DNA of 64,000 nt. It comes from an uncultured bacterium (lineage in GTDB: Bacteria; Fidelibacterota; Marinisomatia; Marinisomatales; JACNKV01). Of this stretch, positions 59,901 through 64,000 are shown piece after piece (position 1 is the first letter of the stretch; each line of letters begins with the position of its first letter). A program made the translations under genes and the position numbers. The DNA lies in NCBI GenBank assembly GCA_964422145.1, contig CAYQZV010000009.1:6264-70263 (forward strand), written 5' to 3'. The notes beneath the pieces are model-generated. The model did no database searches. It saw only the letters and a program-made list of their open reading frames with translations, and had not been told where the DNA came from.

Positions 59901-61270
59901 TTCCCCGGACTGATGAAAGAACTGCGAACATTCTGTAAGGTCTTTCCATCGACAAGAATTTCAAACTGGATCGGCATCACAACCGATTGAATTATTTCAA
60001 CAGGAAGATGAACAAAAAATGCGGTTTGCAATAATGCTTCCGGTTGAACCGTTAAGGTCGGTGTAACAAACTGAATTTGACCTTCTTTTGGATAGATTAG
60101 AATAATTTCAGGCTCAATGGTATCAAAAGTTTTATTCACAATTTGAGCATTGAAAAGATTGGATATTTGATCGGTTTTTGTTTGAAGATAAGTAGACCCG
60201 GGCGTTCGCAGGACAGTTGCTTCAATCGGATTCCGTGTCATTAAAAAGAAAGTGGCGATACTTAATAAGATGGTCAACACCGCGGAATAACCGATCGTAC
60301 GGGCATTAACAATATTTTCTGCGCCTTGTTTAATTCCATGGTAGGACGCATATTTGATCAATCCTTTGGGTTTGTCCATTTTTATCATGATCGCATCACA
60401 GGCATCGATACAGGCAGTACAGTTAATACACTCTAACTGGGTTCCATTTCGGATATCGATTCCGGTCGGGCAAACATGAACACAGCGGGAACAATCAATA
60501 CAGTCACCGCCTTCAGATCCTTTTTTATGGCGTGGCTCGCCACGCACAAAATTGTAATGAACCGCCACAGTTTTATCATGAATAAGCACGCTCTGCAATC
60601 GGCCGTATGGACAAACTAACGTACAAATCTGTTCGCGAAAACTGGCGAAAACCCAATATAAAAACCCGGTAAATGTCAGCATCGCAATGAACCCACCGGT
60701 ATGCTCAGAAACCGGATCAGTAATAATTATGAATAAAGCGTCCGGTCCGATGATCCATGCGAGCAATATGTTAGTGATGAACCAGGCCAGAAAAATAAAA
60801 AGAGAATGTTTTAACAGTTTTTTACCGATTTTAACACCCGTCCAAGGTTGGGCATTTAATTTCTTTTGCTGTTGAGCGTCACCTTCAATCCAATATTCGA
60901 TTTTCCTCGCGACCATCTCCATAAACACCGTTTGAGGACAAGCCCATCCGCACCATAATCTTCCAAAAACGACCGTGAATAATATGATGAAGATCAACAG
61001 GGATATCATGATCAACAGGAAGATGTGAAAATCCTGAGGCCAAAACCCGACACCGAACAGATAAAATCGTCTCTGCAGGATATCCAATAAAAATAATGGG
61101 CGACCATTAATCGTGATGAACGGAAGTGCAATCAGCAGTGCAATCAATAAGAATGCAACAATCTGCCTGTATGTGTAAAAAGTGCCCTTAGGTTGGCGCG
61201 GATAAACCCAAACCCGTTTGCCTTCTTCACTTACCGTGGAGATACGATCTCGGAAATTTTCTTTTGTCAT
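59897..61270 (-). CDS. ccoG: cytochrome c oxidase accessory protein CcoG/FixG (polyferredoxin)
   Basis: Multiple TM helices, two 4Fe-4S motifs (CIDCSRCVHVCP, CINCTACIDAC) and a C-terminal Ig-like domain. 457 aa. Confidence 0.88.
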   Translation of the reverse strand: MTKENFRDRISTVSEEGKRVWVYPRQPKGTFYTYRQIVAFLLIALLIALPFITINGRPLFLLDILQRRFYLFGVGFWPQDFHIFLLIMISLLIFIILFTVVFGRLWCGWACPQTVFMEMVARKIEYWIEGDAQQQKKLNAQPWTGVKIGKKLLKHSLFIFLAWFITNILLAWIIGPDALFIIITDPVSEHTGGFIAMLTFTGFLYWVFASFREQICTLVCPYGRLQSVLIHDKTVAVHYNFVRGEPRHKKGSEGGDCIDCSRCVHVCPTGIDIRNGTQLECINCTACIDACDAIMIKMDKPKGLIKYASYHGIKQGAENIVNARTIGYSAVLTILLSIATFFLMTRNPIEATVLRTPGSTYLQTKTDQISNLFNAQIVNKTFDTIEPEIILIYPKEGQIQFVTPTLTVQPEALLQTAFFVHLPVEIIQSVVMPIQFEILVDGKTLQNVRSSFISPGK

Positions 61271-61338
61271 AATGAAATCCGTTACCGAGGATACTGACTG
61301 TTATCAACCGGCACCCTCGGTAAATCAATTACAGGAAA

Positions 61339-62100
61339 TTATTCGACTAAATCTCCTTCGGGAGCTTTCGCATTCGGAGGATTGGTTCCTTGTAAAGATA
61401 AGATGTAATCTGAAACAGCATCGATCTGCTCATCTGAAATAAGGCCTTTCCACGGTACCATCCCTTTTATGGGAACTCCGGCGTTGATAATCTGAATGAT
61501 TTCATCTTTTGTTCCGCCGTGAATCCAATATTTATCCGTCATATTCGGACCGTTCAGTCCTTCTCCTCGTTGACCGTGACAAACTACACAGTTTTGAGCA
61601 AACACACTTTTTCCGTCACCGCCCGATGCCGCGTCGGGTGTGATGGCAGCATCCGTTTGAGCCGGTGTAGCGAGAGCAGCCGCAGCGAGACTCTCGTTTA
61701 TTCCGCCGCTGTTCAATAACGCCAATTGTTCATCCGTTGCTTTTAATTTCGCTTCGGCAATCAATTGCTCAAAGGTTACTTCTTCACCAATATAATATTT
61801 GAACTGATCGCGTATTCTCGGTACTAACTCTTCGGGAAAAGCCGCAAGCGGGGAAGAATATCCGATCTGTGTCCCGGCTCCGGTTTCATCGAGAACTGCA
61901 CCTGAAACAGCAGCTAATTCCTGGTCATACTCCGCAGCGGAATCCAACCCAATGTCGAAAACGTGGTAGTACAGTAAATATGCCAATGAAAACACGATCG
62001 TGACATTAAACAAGTGCACCCACCATGGCGGAAGATCATTATCAAACTCACGAATACCGTCATATTCATGATTCATTAAAAGATCTTGTTCTTTAGTCAT
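61339..62100 (-). CDS. ccoP: cbb3-type cytochrome c oxidase subunit CcoP, with a single heme c site
   Basis: CcoP N-terminal domain HEYDGIREFDNDLPPWW plus a TM helix, and only one CxxCH (CVVCH) in the C-terminal cytochrome c domain. ATG 62100 is preceded by AAGGAG at a 6-nt spacing. Confidence 0.8.
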   Translation of the reverse strand: MTKEQDLLMNHEYDGIREFDNDLPPWWVHLFNVTIVFSLAYLLYYHVFDIGLDSAAEYDQELAAVSGAVLDETGAGTQIGYSSPLAAFPEELVPRIRDQFKYYIGEEVTFEQLIAEAKLKATDEQLALLNSGGINESLAAAALATPAQTDAAITPDAASGGDGKSVFAQNCVVCHGQRGEGLNGPNMTDKYWIHGGTKDEIIQIINAGVPIKGMVPWKGLISDEQIDAVSDYILSLQGTNPPNAKAPEGDLVE

Positions 62101-62278
62101 TTCTAACTCCTTGATTTTTTGTATCATCATCTACCGGTAGATTTTCCATATGCTCAATAAACGGTTTTCTTAGACGAATTGTCCAGAATAACACGCCGAG
62201 AAAGAACAGAAAGAAGAGTACCATGGCAGTGATCTGAAAACTGTTAAAACTTTCTAATGTGATCAGATGTTTGAACAC
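62093..62278 (-). CDS. ccoQ: cbb3 oxidase small subunit CcoQ/FixQ-like
   Basis: 61 aa with one TM helix (ITAMVLFFLFFLGVLFW) followed by RLRKPFIEHMENLPVDDD, typical of FixQ. GTG start 2 nt after the ccoNO stop. Confidence 0.6.
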   Translation of the reverse strand: MFKHLITLESFNSFQITAMVLFFLFFLGVLFWTIRLRKPFIEHMENLPVDDDTKNQGVRND

Positions 62279-62280
62279 GA

Positions 62281-64000
62281 TTAATTTCCTTTGATATCTG
62301 TCCCTAAACGCTGCAAATAAGCGATTAAGGCAACAATTTCAGTATTCCATTCCGCTTCAGGGATGTCTTGCATTTTAAGCGTTTCAGCAATCGATTTGGC
62401 TTGTGCGGTCGCATCATCGATTGCAAGGGCATCAAATCCGTCGGGATAAGGGACTCCTAAAGTTTGCATCGCTCTAATCTTTGCAGGCGTTGATTCCAGA
62501 TCAATCGGAGTATCCAATAACCAATGGTAAGACGGCATAATAGTTCCGGGTGATATGATCTGCGGATCTTTCATGTGGCTATAGTGCCATGCATCCGGGT
62601 ATTTTTTACCAATGCGATGCAAATCCGGTCCGGTTCGTTTTGAGCCCCACTGGAACGGATGATCATACACAAATTCTCCGGCTTTAGAATACTCGCCGTA
62701 TCGTTCTGTTTCAGAACGGAAAGGACGGATCATCTGTGAGTGACAAACATAACAGCCTTCACGAACATAAATATCACGTCCCTGTAATTCAAGAGGTGAA
62801 TAAGGTTTGACGCTTTCAATGGTCGGAATATTGGATTTAACGACATACATCGGGACAATTTCTACTAAACCACCGATAGCGACAAGCACAACAGCGAGAA
62901 GAGAAAATTGAATGGGTCTGCTTTCAATCCAACGATGCCAGTAACCTGATTTTTCTTCTTTTGTTTTTTCAAGAGCCGGTGCTTGGACTTCTTCCTCTTC
63001 AACGAGAGAACCGGACTTAACTGTTTTATACAGGTTGAAGAACATCAAACAAACACCAATTAGATAAAGGGTACCGCCAAAGGCACGAACACCGTACATC
63101 GGAATTAACTGTGTGACGGTTTGTAAGAAGTTCGGATACTGTAAGAATCCTTCCGGTGTGAATTGTTTCCACATCAATCCTTGAGTGATTCCGCCCCAAT
63201 ACAGCGGGATAGCGTAAAAGATCATTCCCAGTGTCGCAACCCAGAAATGGGTATTCGCTAATTTTACGGAATGAAGTTTTGTATCAAATAATCTCGGAAT
63301 TAGCCAATACAGAACCCCGAATGTCAACAATCCGTTCCAGCCTAAAGCACCGATATGAGCATGTCCGACCGTCCAGTCTGTGTAATGAGACAGTGCATTC
63401 ACACTTTTAATGGACATCATCGGACCTTCAAAGGTTGCCATACCGTATGCGGTGACAGCAACGACCATCATCTTCAAAATAGGATCTTGACGAACCTTAT
63501 CCCAGGCACCGCGTAAGGTCAACAGTCCGTTTAACATACCGCCCCAGGATGGTGCAATCAGCATCAATGAGAAGACCATCCCAAGGGATTGAGCCCAGTC
63601 CGGTAATGCAGTGTAAAGCAGGTGATGAGGACCGGCCCAGATGTATAAAAAGATCAATGCCCAAAAGTGAATGATCGAAAGTCGATATGAGTAGATTGGG
63701 CGGTTTGCTGCTTTCGGCAGGAAGTAATACATGAGTCCTAGGTACGGTGTGGTTAGGAAGAAAGCCACCGCATTATGCCCATACCACCATTGAACTAACG
63801 CATCCTGAACTCCGGCATAAATAGAGTAACTTTTTAAGAATGAAATAGGAAGTTCAAAGGAATTGAACACGTGCAGAACAGCAACCGTAAAGAAGGTTGC
63901 GATATAGAACCAAATGGCAACATATAAATGTTTTTCACGGCGTTTCAAAATGGTTCCGATCATATTGATCCCGAATACGACCCAAATGAGGGCAATCGCG
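62281..64000 (-). CDS. ccoNO: fused cbb3-type cytochrome c oxidase subunits I and II (CcoN-CcoO); 5' end lies outside the window
   Basis: The frame is open to the window edge. It shows heme-copper oxidase helices with [12 protein letters not shown] and [14 protein letters not shown], then an acidic linker [21 protein letters not shown] CcoO module follows, with a TM anchor and the CYVCH heme site (62740-62754). Confidence 0.9.
   Translation of the reverse strand, partial: AIALIWVVFGINMIGTILKRREKHLYVAIWFYIATFFTVAVLHVFNSFELPISFLKSYSIYAGVQDALVQWWYGHNAVAFFLTTPYLGLMYYFLPKAANRPIYSYRLSIIHFWALIFLYIWAGPHHLLYTALPDWAQSLGMVFSLMLIAPSWGGMLNGLLTLRGAWDKVRQDPILKMMVVAVTAYGMATFEGPMMSIKSVNALSHYTDWTVGHAHIGALGWNGLLTFGVLYWLIPRLFDTKLHSVKLANTHFWVATLGMIFYAIPLYWGGITQGLMWKQFTPEGFLQYPNFLQTVTQLIPMYGVRAFGGTLYLIGVCLMFFNLYKTVKSGSLVEEEEVQAPALEKTKEEKSGYWHRWIESRPIQFSLLAVVLVAIGGLVEIVPMYVVKSNIPTIESVKPYSPLELQGRDIYVREGCYVCHSQMIRPFRSETERYGEYSKAGEFVYDHPFQWGSKRTGPDLHRIGKKYPDAWHYSHMKDPQIISPGTIMPSYHWLLDTPIDLESTPAKIRAMQTLGVPYPDGFDALAIDDATAQAKSIAETLKMQDIPEAEWNTEIVALIAYLQRLGTDIKGN

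Overview
This 64-kb window is a densely coded stretch of a Gram-negative bacterial chromosome that looks moderately AT-rich by eye. It holds about 60 genes and I found no rRNA, tRNA, CRISPR array or mobile element. Nearly everything is core function. From left to right: the ccsA 3' end, an archaeal-type (class II) GAPDH homolog and tilS-ftsH-folP-cdaA. Next is a classical menaquinone operon (thioesterase-menF-menD-menB-menA-fused menC/menE) extended by an uncharacterised radical-SAM gene plus a YedF/DsrE-like gene. Then come a 1189-aa secreted LTD/CotH protein with a T9SS C-terminal sorting domain (minus strand), a decayed T9SS-tail gene remnant and a ZIP transporter. prfB follows, with its programmed +1 frameshift, which the ORF track splits. 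After that: lysS, lolC/E-lolD, dnaK, a tamB plus Omp85 pair, a short MoxR/DUF58 Bat-like module and efp-accB-accC. Next is a translationally overlapped gcvH-GGGPS(PcrB-like)-gmhA trio, then xerD, a site-2 protease and a bifunctional FTCD carrying an inserted C2H2 zinc-finger-like motif. These are followed by mutL, an RRM RNA-binding protein, an anion permease plus tandem USP, and a Fur/PerR-like-ahpC-sodB oxidative-stress module. The last 12 kb is a minus-strand respiratory block: cbb3 oxidase (fused ccoNO, ccoQ, monoheme ccoP, ccoG, fixH) followed directly by alternative complex III (actABCDEF). Several features point to a non-Bacteroidia member of the FCB superphylum (Ignavibacteria, Marinimicrobia or Balneolales-like): the T9SS tails, ACIII, fused ccoNO, the GGGPS homolog and one Bacteroidetes-type promoter motif, combined with frequent strong Shine-Dalgarno sites. 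That placement is inference only. I see no defence island or obviously new multi-gene system. The least explained items are the radical-SAM/YedF-like pair on the men operon, the zinc-finger insertion in FTCD, and the archaeal-type enzymes (class II GAPDH-like, GGGPS).
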